Positions 51,486-62,930 of a DNA stretch of 64,000 nt are shown here, in pieces. The stretch's first letter is position 1. Each line of letters begins with the position of its first letter. The notes under the pieces were generated by a model, which was not told where the DNA came from, made no database searches, and saw only the letters and a program-made list of their open reading frames with translations. A program made the position numbers and the translations under genes. This stretch comes from Trichosphaerium sp. ATCC 40318. Taxonomy: Eukaryota; Protista; Tubulinea. The stretch spans positions 124,001 through 188,000 of the forward strand of contig JALMLS010000404.1 in assembly GCA_038496445.1 (NCBI GenBank), in the 5' to 3' direction.

Positions 51486-51722
51486 GACTTTAGTATTTGT
51501 AAAAAGAAAATAAACAGATTATGTAAAGCATTTGTTCAAATTACTGAGCGTGTGGCTCAGAAAGGCCTAGTAAGTACGCTATTGCTGTATTGGAAACTAA
51601 GCACTGCGAGTAGTAGATTACTGTGATTTAGCTGCCTACTGGAATAAGACTCAATTTAAATACAAAAAAGTCAAGAAAAAGTCTTCGAAAGTTTTTTTTA
51701 CCTTTATTTTCAGTCTACAGAA

Positions 51723-54700
51723 ATGGCTTCAAAAGTTGTTGTATTTCTTTTGATACTGGGGTTTACTTCTTTTTGTTTTGCTGCGCAGAATAAGATAAAA
51801 TTGGGGCCAGAAAACGTTAACCAACTTTTTTTGTTCGTTATTAATTTTAACGAATTGTTAGGTCATAGATGGCTGGGCAGCGTACCCACAAGCGGGAAAC
51901 TTAGGACCAGCGCAAAACTTATTAGATGAACAAGGTATGGTTAACATCCTGACGCCTTGAACGTCCAAATCTAGGCCCCTTTGAAAGTTTGACAAATAGT
52001 TCGCCAAAAAACAGTTTTACCAAAGCGCACGTGCATTGAAATTTATTTTTTCTTTCAAAAAGTTATTGCTGGTGATCCGGCAAATGGATCTGGTGGCAAA
52101 CCCAAAACAGAGTATTTCCCTGGTTGGACAAAATGGTACGGAACGTTTTACAACGACACGAAAGATACATGTTGCAGCCTTTTGCGCCATGGTGCTGCTG
52201 AGGTGATACTATCAACAATTGCTGTTTCATTATTCTTTAGGTATTACCCAAACGCGTTTGCACTTATTGATTTGGGTCAGATGTACAGATTGTCTTCTAT
52301 ATGGGCGTTTCACGGTTATGGTATGAGTTTGGTTTTCGAAGCTGTTTTTTTTCCTTACTTTTAGGTGAGTTGGAGGCTAACATGTATTAGGGAGCTACAA
52401 TATAGAATTTTCAGTTGGTGTTCATCCATTTCAGTGGGCTGAAACGTTCAATGATAGTGTCCATGGCACGTATCAGGTGAGTTGTAAAAGATTCTTGTTT
52501 TATTCTGCTTTTTGTATGTTAAGTTCTCGCTAACACAAGTCGAGTGGGATAGCAACAATATTACTACATCTGCTCCTGTGCAATGGATTAAAGTGAGGTT
52601 AATTGAACCACCAAAACTATTAGAAATAGTAGTATACGGTGAACCAGTCGGTGAGAAAAGATTTGTCACGAACACAAAATTGTCTCACTACAACTACAGG
52701 AAATCCTACTCCTCCGCCACCTCCTAAGCCTCGTCAGTTACCTCTATTCAAAGACTTTATTGGTACAAATGGATTCAATGATGACGATCCAAATAAACTG
52801 GCTGCTGTGGGAGTCGTCAGAGAGTATCAAACGGTGAGAACATGATTTTTTAGAAGATCTCATGTTTGAACTTTTCTTTTACTTTGTTTGTAGTGGGGTT
52901 GGTCAGAAGGTAACGGACAACCTGGATATGTTGGATATCCGCACTCAAAGAATGAGTTTGATCCAGATGGATACGCAGGACCGCCTTTTAGGTTTGATAC
53001 TTTCTACCGTGCTTGCAAAAACGTTAGTGTAAAAGTACATCAATGTAAGTAACTGCAAACATCTTCGCTTTACAGAAAACCACTTGAGGCCAACATACTA
53101 ATTGAGCATCCAAGGTATGATGCGTACTGCTCCTTATATCCACAAAAACACACCGGTACTTTCTTTGCTGGGGAAGGCTGTTAAGTTAGTGTTTAGAATG
53201 AAGAAGATTGGAAACCGTTAACAGTTGAACAGATGAATACTCCTGGCGTTTCTACGAATCCTCTTGTATGCGCTCATCTGGAAGTGAAAGAGATTTAGGC
53301 TAATTGGGATTTAGAGTTATGCACCACATGGTGATCATGCATGGCAGCTAGCAGCGAGATATGGAAGGACTAGAGTAGATGTAGGACTTTTAAAACTTGG
53401 TGATAATCAAAACAAGACAACTGGCGCTGGTATGTTCACAAACCTTTATCTCACTTTTTTCTTACCTCTTTGTAACACTATACAGATTTATTGGAGTATA
53501 TTGAGTTCTGGAACGAGCAAGATAAATGGTGGTTAGGTAGAGAAGCTTACTTTTCTCCATACGAATACGCAGCAATGTTATCAGCAGGTATAGTAATTTA
53601 TTTCCATCAAGATTTAGTGTATTGTTTTGACTAACCTACTCTTTCTTTGAGATTATGATGGTCATGCTGGAATTATGGGTAACACGATTGGTGTTAAAAA
53701 CGCAGATCCAACAATGAAGGTAAGACATGTAAAAATCTTTGAGAGAAAATGTTACTTGTATCTTATTGCGAGCTCAATTTCTCGGAATCTTTGCTAACTT
53801 TTTGTTTTATGTTAGGTTGTTATGGGCGGTATTGCTCAACTCAACTTGGACTGGGTCAAATCATTACGTATTTGGAGCTTATATAATAGAAAAGACGGTA
53901 AATTTCCTGCAGAAGCAATAAACTTTCATCATTACTCCAATGATGTCGGTGGACAAGTATGCAAAAAAAAGTCATTCTTGTATCTCAAACTTTGCCTTTT
54001 AGGGTGGCACTGCAACTACTGGGATAAGGTATTGTTGTTAGTCTGTTTGATATATGTTAAAGTCTCTGCAGTCCTGAGGATGACCATCTTAAAGAGCGTG
54101 TTCAGGCGATAGTCCAATGGAGAAATATTTATCTACCTGGTGTTGAAGTTTGGTTTTCAGGTTTGTTCTTTAGTATGAATGAACCGTCATGTGGCTGACC
54201 TGTACTTTCTCTACCTTAAGAGTTTGGGTATGATACTAACCAAGCTTCTCCTCAAAAATCACCAGCTATTGGCCCTAATTCAGGAGAGATAGTACAAGGT
54301 ACGTGGATAGTAAGATACCATCGTTCAGCTATATGAGAAGCTTGCAATTGTATTAACACATCTTCTCTTTTATAGGTCAGTGGATAATAAGAAGCTTTTT
54401 GGCTTTAGCCGCGGCTGGTGTTGATAGGGCGCATCAGTTCATGTTAAGAAATGTTGCAGACTACAGCGGAGGAAAATTCCAGACTTCAGGCACGTTACTC
54501 TCTTATTTTTTTGAATTGAAAGTTGCCTCGTTCAAAGAAATACTTACAAGCCTCCTCAAATAAAAACATTGGTTGGACAATTTGGGAGTATTTGAAGTAA
54601 TGTAAATTAGGTTTGACAACAACGAAAGCCTCTGGATGGTACTGAATATGATGCTTTTTTGTGGGATTTTGATGCACGTGTTTTATATTTTTAAGTTAGT

Positions 54701-55300
54701 TTTTAGGAAACCAAAGCCTTCATGGTATTTTGTAAGTACTATCACAAAAAGATTAGGAAACATGCGTTTTATATCAGATAAGCATGATACTGTCAAAAAC
54801 GTGACAAGCGTCAAATTAAGGTATAAAAACCAACTTCCGCTGAAACTTTTTTTTATACTTTCTTCTTTCTCTGCTTCTTGACAACTTTTATGTTGTTCTC
54901 TTTGCTTAGATGTCTTTAAAAGCTCAACATCAAGCGTATGTGTTTTTAAATGTATTTTAGTGATGGTAATGGGAATACAGCATATGTGGTGTGGAGTCCA
55001 ACAAGCAAGGCATTAGTTGTTGAAAAGTATTCATTTTCATTTGATACATCAGTAACAAAAGCTACTTTGGTGGAGCTTGTTGACCAAGAACCAAATGGTA
55101 AAGAAACACCACTAATAGTAAACGGAAAGTACGTCATTTAGAAAGGTGGAACAAAAAAAAACTCAATCACAAAAAAGGCACTTCATGTTTTAGTTGCCTT
55201 GTAGATTTATCGCTCTTGAAGTACCCTAATACTTTGTTTTAATCATAGGAGTGTTCAATTGGATGTCACTGAGACACCTTTAATTGTTTTAACTCAATAA
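51723..55300 (+). CDS. Secreted clan GH-A-like glycoside hydrolase with N-terminal beta-sandwich, multi-exon
   Basis: Signal peptide; FIGTNGF, WQLAARYG, YIEFWNEQDKWW (acid/base NE), AAMLSA.YDGH, GVKNADPTMKVVMGG, INFHHY, EVWFSEFGYDT (nucleophile), FQTSGL, KPSWYF. Confidence 0.82.
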
Positions 55301-55449
55301 ACGTTGGACACAGTCAATTTCATTAAATAAGCTCAATGTTGTAGTAAATTGTTATTGTGTCCTTTTTTGAAAAAAACAAAACGTTGCTGTTTGGATATCA
55401 CTCTGTTGGACAATGCATTTGTACATGGTGATAACAGCAACTGTCCTGT

Positions 55450-55690
55450 TATTATTTTACGCAGAACTTGCACTGCATTTGAACTCCACAACCTATCGCT
55501 GGATACAAGCTTGTCATAGTATTTGTTCCAATCAATGCGCCTTGGGTATACCTACCATCAATCCACAGGAGCTGGGTTCTCTAGCTGTCCATGCTCACAC
55601 CAGCATTTGCTGTCACCCGCCTTTATCATTGACATACATGCACTGCTTTTCCATTTATCCAAGGAATTCACAAAGTATAAATTACAAGAA
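55450..55690 (-). pseudogene. Degenerate MORN2 fragment
   Basis: Residual WING, QCMYVND and DSKCWCEHGQLE in broken frames. Confidence 0.5.
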
Positions 55691-55798
55691 ATATGGCTTT
55701 TCACGCACGTGCGTCTTGAGGCTTAATAAGACGGTTAAGTTGTTATTTAAAGGAGGAAGCTAGTTGGTGGAGCAAATACCTAAATAATAGTGAGACAG

Positions 55799-56854
55799 AT
55801 GTTATTGTCTCGCCGCAAGAATTATTACCCTAGTATTACTGTATGTAATCTACTAGACCTACCAAATGATATTCAAAGGTATTTATGCACTTTCAATAAA
55901 GAAATATTCATAAAGTTCCATACACTCTCTAAAAAAGCTGCAATCAACACCCATTTTGATGAAAAACTTGAAACAAAAGGTCTTTGGTTACGTTGGTATC
56001 CAAATGGATGTTTACAGAGTCAAACGATGATGCTTGAAGGTAAGAAAAATGGGAAACAGAAAAAATGGCACGTGAATGGACAACTTTTGTTTGAAACAAA
56101 TTATGTTGATGATAAGAGACATGGTATGTATAAGAGTTGGCATGAAGGAGGTCAAGTCAATGCACAATGTAATTTTGAGGATGGTAAAGAGAGTGGAGAG
56201 GGCAAACAATGGCATCCGAATGGTCAAATCAAGATACATACATTCTATGTTGATGGTAAACAAAATGGTGAGCACTGTGAGTATTATGAAAATGGGCAAT
56301 TAGAACTAAAGATAACATATGTGAATGATAAGAAGCATGGTGAACAGAAAGAATGGTACAAGAATGGAGAGTTGGTTTTTCAATCAATGTTCAAGAATGG
56401 CTTGAAAGATGGTGATTGTACAAGATATTATGAAAATGGACAAATAGGCGAGTTTGAGGTGTTTGTTGAAGGTATTAAGCATGGTGAATCCAAAGAGTGG
56501 TACGAGAATGGAATATTGGCTTCTCAAGCTATTTATGTAAATGGAGAAAAAAATGGCGAGTTCAGAGGGTGGTATGAGGGTGGACAACTCCACATGAAAT
56601 GCATGTGTGTTAATGACAAGTTACATGGAGAATTTAAGGAATGGTACATGAACGGACAACTAGGGTACCAGTGCACATATATTGAAGGTCAGGCACAAGG
56701 TGAACGCCTGAAATGGTATGATAATGGGCAACTACGATCGACAACAATGTATGTTAATAATGAAAAGCATGGTGAGCACAAAGAATGGCATGAAGATGGA
56801 CATTTCAAGCTTCAACAACATTATGTCCATGGTACATTAAAGGAAGACCCATAA
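55799..56854 (+). CDS. F-box-like + MORN2 repeat protein, inverted duplicate of 36764-37840
   Basis: Collinear, highly similar protein; DNA 55703-57020 matches the reverse complement of 36590-37915. Confidence 0.9.
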   Translation: MLLSRRKNYYPSITVCNLLDLPNDIQRYLCTFNKEIFIKFHTLSKKAAINTHFDEKLETKGLWLRWYPNGCLQSQTMMLEGKKNGKQKKWHVNGQLLFETNYVDDKRHGMYKSWHEGGQVNAQCNFEDGKESGEGKQWHPNGQIKIHTFYVDGKQNGEHCEYYENGQLELKITYVNDKKHGEQKEWYKNGELVFQSMFKNGLKDGDCTRYYENGQIGEFEVFVEGIKHGESKEWYENGILASQAIYVNGEKNGEFRGWYEGGQLHMKCMCVNDKLHGEFKEWYMNGQLGYQCTYIEGQAQGERLKWYDNGQLRSTTMYVNNEKHGEHKEWHEDGHFKLQQHYVHGTLKEDP

Positions 56855-57402
56855 TGGGAGGATGAGTAAATTACAAAGCATGAACAGCACTATTTCAGTA
56901 CAAGATTAGCTTAATCAAATCAGATGAGATTCTGCGCATCAAAAATAACACGTGTTGTAGGCAACTAAAACAATTTTTCAAATAAACGTTTGCCACAATA
57001 GATCAAAAGCATTAGCTTGTCTCCACTTGCATAATCCAACAAAGTCATTGTGAGGTTAGTTGTATTAGAGCGAATTGTTGTTACTCAAGATGTAGCTTTG
57101 TCAAAACAAAGTGCAATAAAATAGTACCGCTATTTGGGTTGAACTGTTCTTGAGGATGATTGTTGTACTTAGGAAAATGATGTTAGAAAAAAATTGTTTG
57201 TTTGAGTATTGGAGACTTCTCAGAGTAATTCCTTTCTTTTTTTCTAGCGCGAATACACTTGCAATATTGACTCATCACATTAATCACGTGATTAATATCA
57301 ATCAAGAACGAATTAAAGAAGGATTATGGAAAGTACGGCCGTTGATGTTTGATCCTTCTTTCAGTCAAACATGGTATCAAACTGTGTTTTATTGGCGTCA
57401 GT

Positions 57403-58353
57403 ATTACAAACAGCGTACCGCCAGAGATATGGCAGTGTATTATTGATAATGCTGACTCTTCTCAATTGACTGTATTACAGAGAGTATCATGGCTCTTTAA
57501 TTACCTTGTAGAGCACTCTCATACCCTGTGGAGAAAAGTACTGGCGTCTCGTTACCCAGTTACGTTTTCAGAGTCAAGTATACGAGATCTAGGTCTTAAA
57601 CGTCCATATTATACGCTTTGTAAGCGCTTGGTTGTACGTGGCTTGTTTAGAGGTCATGTTTAATCGTTCTAACCACGAAAACAGGTTGGCAAGTACTTGT
57701 ACGTTAACAATCGTGAGCGGGGAGATCGAGTGGTTGACAGGATGACTGAGCTTGGCTTTAATTGTGAGTATCTTGATATTACTGGTGTTGGCAAGGGAAT
57801 ATTAGACAAGTATGATGCTATTGTTGTTGAGTCTAATTATGGGTTTGCTGAAGAAGGAAAGTATCTTGGAGACTTTCTTCGTAGAAGTGTTGACACTGGA
57901 TCAGGTGTAATATCAGCTGTGTTTACAGGTTGTTCATTTGTAGAGACACCAAGTGGAGAATGGACAAGAAGGCATATGCCTATCATACCTAATAAAGATG
58001 AAAATAACAAGGATGGAACACAATTATACTGCTTTGAATATGATTTTATTAAGGATGACCCAGATCACTTTATTCTACAAGGTGTAAAGAGTTTTGGTGA
58101 TATTGAGTTCATTGCTCTTGGTTCAGTAAATGATAGAGCAAAGCAGATTGCACGTGTTAAAGTTGAAGGTAATGAATACCCTTTTATTGTTGTTATCAAT
58201 GATTCTGAATCATCATCCACTTCATTGCCTTCACATAGAGGTAAAATTGTTGGCTTAAATGCGTTTCTTTCAAATTATTTTTTCAGTCGTGGGAATGGTG
58301 CTGCACTTATTGGAAATATGTTTCTTTTCTCATCTGGTATTGTATGTGAATAA
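57403..58353 (+). CDS. F-box/GATase-like-fold protein, inverted duplicate of 39382-40323 with start ATG changed to ATT
   Basis: Near-identical F-box exon; gtcagtATTacaaac here vs gtcagtATGacaaac in the partner. Exon 2 is open. Confidence 0.7.
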
Positions 58354-59119
58354 CAATAAACAGAAATGTCAGTTTACTTTGTTCATCGTCACAGTAATTG
58401 GTTTTAGCACTTGAAGAAATAGCAACTCAGGTAGTGATCCAAACAATGGTCAACAAATAAGAATGGTATTGATCAAAATACCATTGAGTCTCATTCTGTC
58501 TTTTGTTCTTGTGCTAGTATCTCAATATGGTTGATTACTGGTCAAATGTAATTATGAAATTATATGTAAGAGTGAACTCATCGTAACCATAAGAACATAG
58601 CCATGGGTACTATCTCTATCCAGCAAGGACTTTGTATGTTATTTGTTTTGAAAAAGTGCATTCTTACTATGCTTGACTTCTGTTTTAAGCTCTACGCTAA
58701 GTCTACCATGTTCACCTGAAAACCTAGCCAATCGTTACCCTAGAAACTTGAAGATGACTTGAGACAGGTGATCTAACGTGGATGTGTTTGGCCTAGATTG
58801 GTACACCAAGAAGGACCAGAGCCAGACTATCTACCCCAAGAACTAAGAGAAGGAGATGGGGAGCGAAGCGGGGTGGTGGGCTATTCGGTATGACTGGTTT
58901 ATTGGTTTGGTTTTGTCGGATAGTACACAAGAGTTGTGTACAATGTTGACGAAAACGAAAGTGACTGATCGGTCCACTCTTATCTTTTCACCCGAAATAA
59001 ACGCGAAACATTTATTTCGCCGCTTAATACACATAGTAACAAATCAAGTGATTTAAATAAACACAACAGAAGACAAGTATTCTCAGTTTTTATTATTGTG
59101 TTGTTTACATAGTGACACT

Positions 59120-59887
59120 TTAATCAAATAAAAAATGGCGATATGTTGGTTTTGGAAGGCTTATTGGTAGTAAGCTTTTGTGAACACCAGAACAAGGATG
59201 AATATCTGGAATATCTGCTTGATATATGCTGATTTCAGTCTTATAATCACTGTTGTAACCACCCAAGCATGCCCTCATTAGCCTTTGTTCCCAGTCTGCT
59301 CTTTCATACATCTTTGTAGGTGTTCTCTTCTTCAAAATAAATACGTCATGTAACATTTTTATTTGAGATGTAGTTCGGACATTTGTGAACTGGAGAGGAG
59401 CATCACTGTTATAGCGTAATTCTTCATCGCTGTCACTGAAGTCACTGTCATTATAATCAGCACAGCCTTCATCTTGCTTTGCAGTGGCACATAGTTCTTT
59501 ACAGTTGAGTATGATGGTATAGGCAACGTGGTTTGTGCTGAATCCCCAAAAGTAAGCTTTGTATCCTTCAACATTTTTCTTTTGGTAGTAGCCTAGTTCC
59601 CTTGGTTCATCGTATCCGTCTTTTGCATAGAAACCTTCAGGTACATTATGGTGAACCTCGTATTTCCTTAAATGACGTTTCCAAAGCGACTTTATGGCTA
59701 CGAGCTGTTGTTGCCAGTCCTTACAAACCATTGTTGGTATTACAAGTGATTTAGCATCAAAGTCACCGAAGAACATCTCTAGAATCTCTGTAGGTATGAA
59801 CGGCCATAGTTGTGTTGCCGTTGATGTTGGTGGTATTACCGACACTGTTTTTTGTAGCCTTTTAGAAGGCGGAACCTTGCTCATCAT
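59120..59887 (-). CDS. F-box protein with uncharacterised C-terminus (intronless)
   Basis: WPFIPTEILEMFFGDFDAKSLVIPTMVCKDWQQQL...LWKRHL. Confidence 0.78.
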   Translation of the reverse strand: MMSKVPPSKRLQKTVSVIPPTSTATQLWPFIPTEILEMFFGDFDAKSLVIPTMVCKDWQQQLVAIKSLWKRHLRKYEVHHNVPEGFYAKDGYDEPRELGYYQKKNVEGYKAYFWGFSTNHVAYTIILNCKELCATAKQDEGCADYNDSDFSDSDEELRYNSDAPLQFTNVRTTSQIKMLHDVFILKKRTPTKMYERADWEQRLMRACLGGYNSDYKTEISIYQADIPDIHPCSGVHKSLLPISLPKPTYRHFLFD

Positions 59888-60145
59888 CGTTTGGTATTTG
59901 CTTAAAATGAAACAGTTTGCCGCTTTTTTATTTGTGTCACACAAACCTACAATTCACTGCACTGGTCGACTTAGGAAATTCGGTCCGAATTTGGAACAAA
60001 TACCCTTTTTTAGATGAATATTCCTTTTACAATTTACTAATACTTTTACCTCGAAACTTCCAACGTACACCGAACACACTATCAACATTTTAATGTCAAA
60101 ACAACGCCTAGATACCGCATATTGGAGGTATCCACACTACAAATA

Positions 60146-62930
60146 GGGTTATACTAAAATGTAGAATTTGCATGTCAAATGAATGTAGAATTTGTGTAGA
60201 AAAACCATATTTGACACCCAAATTTCTACTTTTCAAACACGATGGCTGATCAAAAGCTCCCCAGTCCAAAACACTGGGCTATACCCTCCATAGGTAATGT
60301 ACACCTAGTGGAGTGGGTACCTGGCGATCGTTTGATCTTTTATATCAACTCAGGTACTACATGAGCTCACCAAAACCTTGATTAACTATTTTATAGCAAA
60401 ACAATATGGCTATCAATTTCATATTGATAGCAAGGCGTTTACATCAAAAGGAACGAGCCACTATTTTAAGTGTGCTCAGCAGTCGTTGTGTGGAGCTCGT
60501 GTTATCCTCACCGAGGATAAAGAACGCCATGGTATAATTAAAAACCTTCAGCAAACAAAAGGTACTTTTTTTTTTCTCAATTTCCTTTACAGTAATTTAT
60601 GGCCTTAGATCACCACTATAATTGTATGCCTACCATGGCATCTCAATTTCACGTATCGAACAGCGTTAAAAAACGCGTTGAGGAAGATTTAAGAAATGGG
60701 GTACCATCACGTTTAGTGGTAAGTATTTCTCTTTTTTTTTGCTTTTACTGTACTAACTACTCTTCTAGCGAAGAAATTTGCTTCTTCAACCAAAAGTAAA
60801 TGTCTTAAATCGTGCTCAAACACCTGATGCACGCCAATTGGAATATATTTCACGCTTGGTTCGTAGTGAGGAGAGCTTGAATGTGGAGGTACATTGGACT
60901 CTAAACAGCATTTTTTTTTTATTTTTTCGTAGGTTTTAACAAACCTAATTATGACTTTGGGGGATCAAGTCCGTGTTCAACTATCGCCTCTGGTGGTTTC
61001 TTTTGTTCCATCCAATATACAGCGCTTCTTAAAGGAGTTTGACGCCCGTACCATTTATGTAGATGGTACTCATGTGATGGGAGATATTCGAGCTCAGGTA
61101 CAGATTTTTTTATTACTGTTTTGTAGTAACTTATTTTTTGTAAGCTATTGCTGTTTTGGGTGAAGGCTGTCGGACCAACCAACTCAAAGGGTACTTGTAT
61201 TTCTTGGGCTCTGTGCGAAGGTAAAAAACTGGAGCAATATGAGTACGCCTTTGGTCACCTTGGTCGCTCCATTGGCACTGTAGTGTTTAGAAGACTCATG
61301 GTTGATTGCGAATTAAATCTCGCTTACGGCACGTATTTGATAAATCCTTCTTTGTTTTTTTATCTTACCACACTTCATTTTGATTCTCTTAATGATAGTG
61401 TGAGGCATTCCTTGGATACTAAGGAGAGCATAAACTCTTTTTTTTTGATACTCTTTTTGTAAAACTATCTGCTTACTTATTATTAAGCTGCATTGAATGA
61501 ATGGCCTTTAATCCAAGTTCATCACTGTTTCTTCCATGTAATGGACGCTTTCCGCAAATGGAGAACAAAGAACCTTTCTGGAGATTCAAAGACAGCCATC
61601 TACCAATGGTGCAAAGCGTTCACTGATGGTATAGCGAAGGCTGAAACTCCAGATGAGTTTTATCGTATATTTTTGACGTTTTATGATGTAAGTTTTTCTC
61701 TTTATTAGTACACACTTACTTTGATTTAGGAAGCTCTTAGTAGTACTAATGTACACAAGCGATCATATGCTAAGTATGTCAATAAGAACTATGTGGGCTA
61801 TGACTTGGACTCAGCAAGGTACATTTTTTGGCTATTACAATTTTGGGGTTTACTTAACATTTTTGTCAGGTACGAGCCTACAACATGGGCTAAAGCCTTT
61901 ATTGCTCTTGAGTTCCGCGAGGATATGACGAACAATATCAGTGAGTCCAACAATCGAGATCTGAAGCGTTGCTTAAAGGCAACACAGACACAGAAATCTC
62001 GTTTGGACATTCTTGCCAATCAATTGGCAATGTTTGTTGAAGAAAACTTGATTATTGGCCTAAGAATTGTTCATGGCATGTGTGCAGGGACTCGCATACG
62101 TCAGGGAGAGGCTAGTGTTGTTGGAAGTGATTTGGTTCAAGGTGCGAATCAACAATGTTTCTTGTTTATTTTCCTTACAATTTGTTTTTATAGAAACAGA
62201 CATCAATGATATGACACCTGCTCTCAGAGCTGATGTTGCCTCTGATGTTCTCTTTCCAAGTGATGCTATTGGCGATCACCTTGTCTCCACTATTGATGAT
62301 GTACCTGCTGAACATGAGATGCTACTAGGCATTGATATTGATGGAGAAGCCATCCCGGTCTTGGACTACAGTGGTGATGGTGATGCTGCAGATGCAATAC
62401 CTGTATCTTTGGAAGGTGGGATAGTTTCTCAAGATGCCCAAGAAATCTCTATACCACATTTAGCTAAACGTGAGTTAATTTTTTTTTTGGTTGTTTAATT
62501 TTTTTTTTTTCCAGGTGGAACAAACCTACCTCGGTTACTACGCCGAATGCGGTTAGATGCTAAACGTAAAAAAGAAACAGAAGAGGAAGAAACCGAAAAA
62601 GAGAAGGTACCTCAAGCCAGAAATGCTAACATGGAGCCTGCATTTGTAGGTGACGAGATTGAAGGCATTGGTAAGGATGGTACTCCTGTTTTTAAACAAC
62701 GTCTTCGCCCTCGTAACCGAAAGCGCCAAACTGTACTCCCTAAACGCTATCGCAATAAATAAATATGTTTGTCTGTGTCTTTTTTTATTGTCGTACCTGC
62801 ACTACGTTGTTCCTGTTCTTCGTCAATGCTGTATATACAATGGTGAACAAAATTTGACTTTGACTTTTTAGGCACTTGTTCGGCATTTTTTAGGCAAAAA
62901 GTTTTTTTTTTTGACATTTTAGGGTCACCG
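60146..62930 (+). mobile_element. Mutator-like (MULE) DNA transposon
   Basis: TSD tacaaata at 60138-60145 and 62931-62938. Imperfect termini gggttatactaaaatgt vs reverse complement cggtgaccctaaaatgt (13/17). Absent from the paralogous arm near 33760. Confidence 0.92.
60242..62762 (+). CDS. MULE-family DDE transposase, multi-exon
   Basis: WRKY/FLYWCH-like YFKC..C.ARV...HHYNC, followed by IYVDGTH, LMVDCE, HHCFFHV (CxxH), TNNISESNNRDLK and a basic NLS-like tail. Confidence 0.9.

Noticed and set aside
58790-59060. Purine/GC-rich patch with short ORFs
   Set aside because: No RNA fold, repeat partner or protein motif could be supported.
5649-59887. Integrated giant-virus genome
   Set aside because: No viral hallmark genes (capsid, packaging ATPase, PolB, VLTF3) were seen; only shared repeat families are present.
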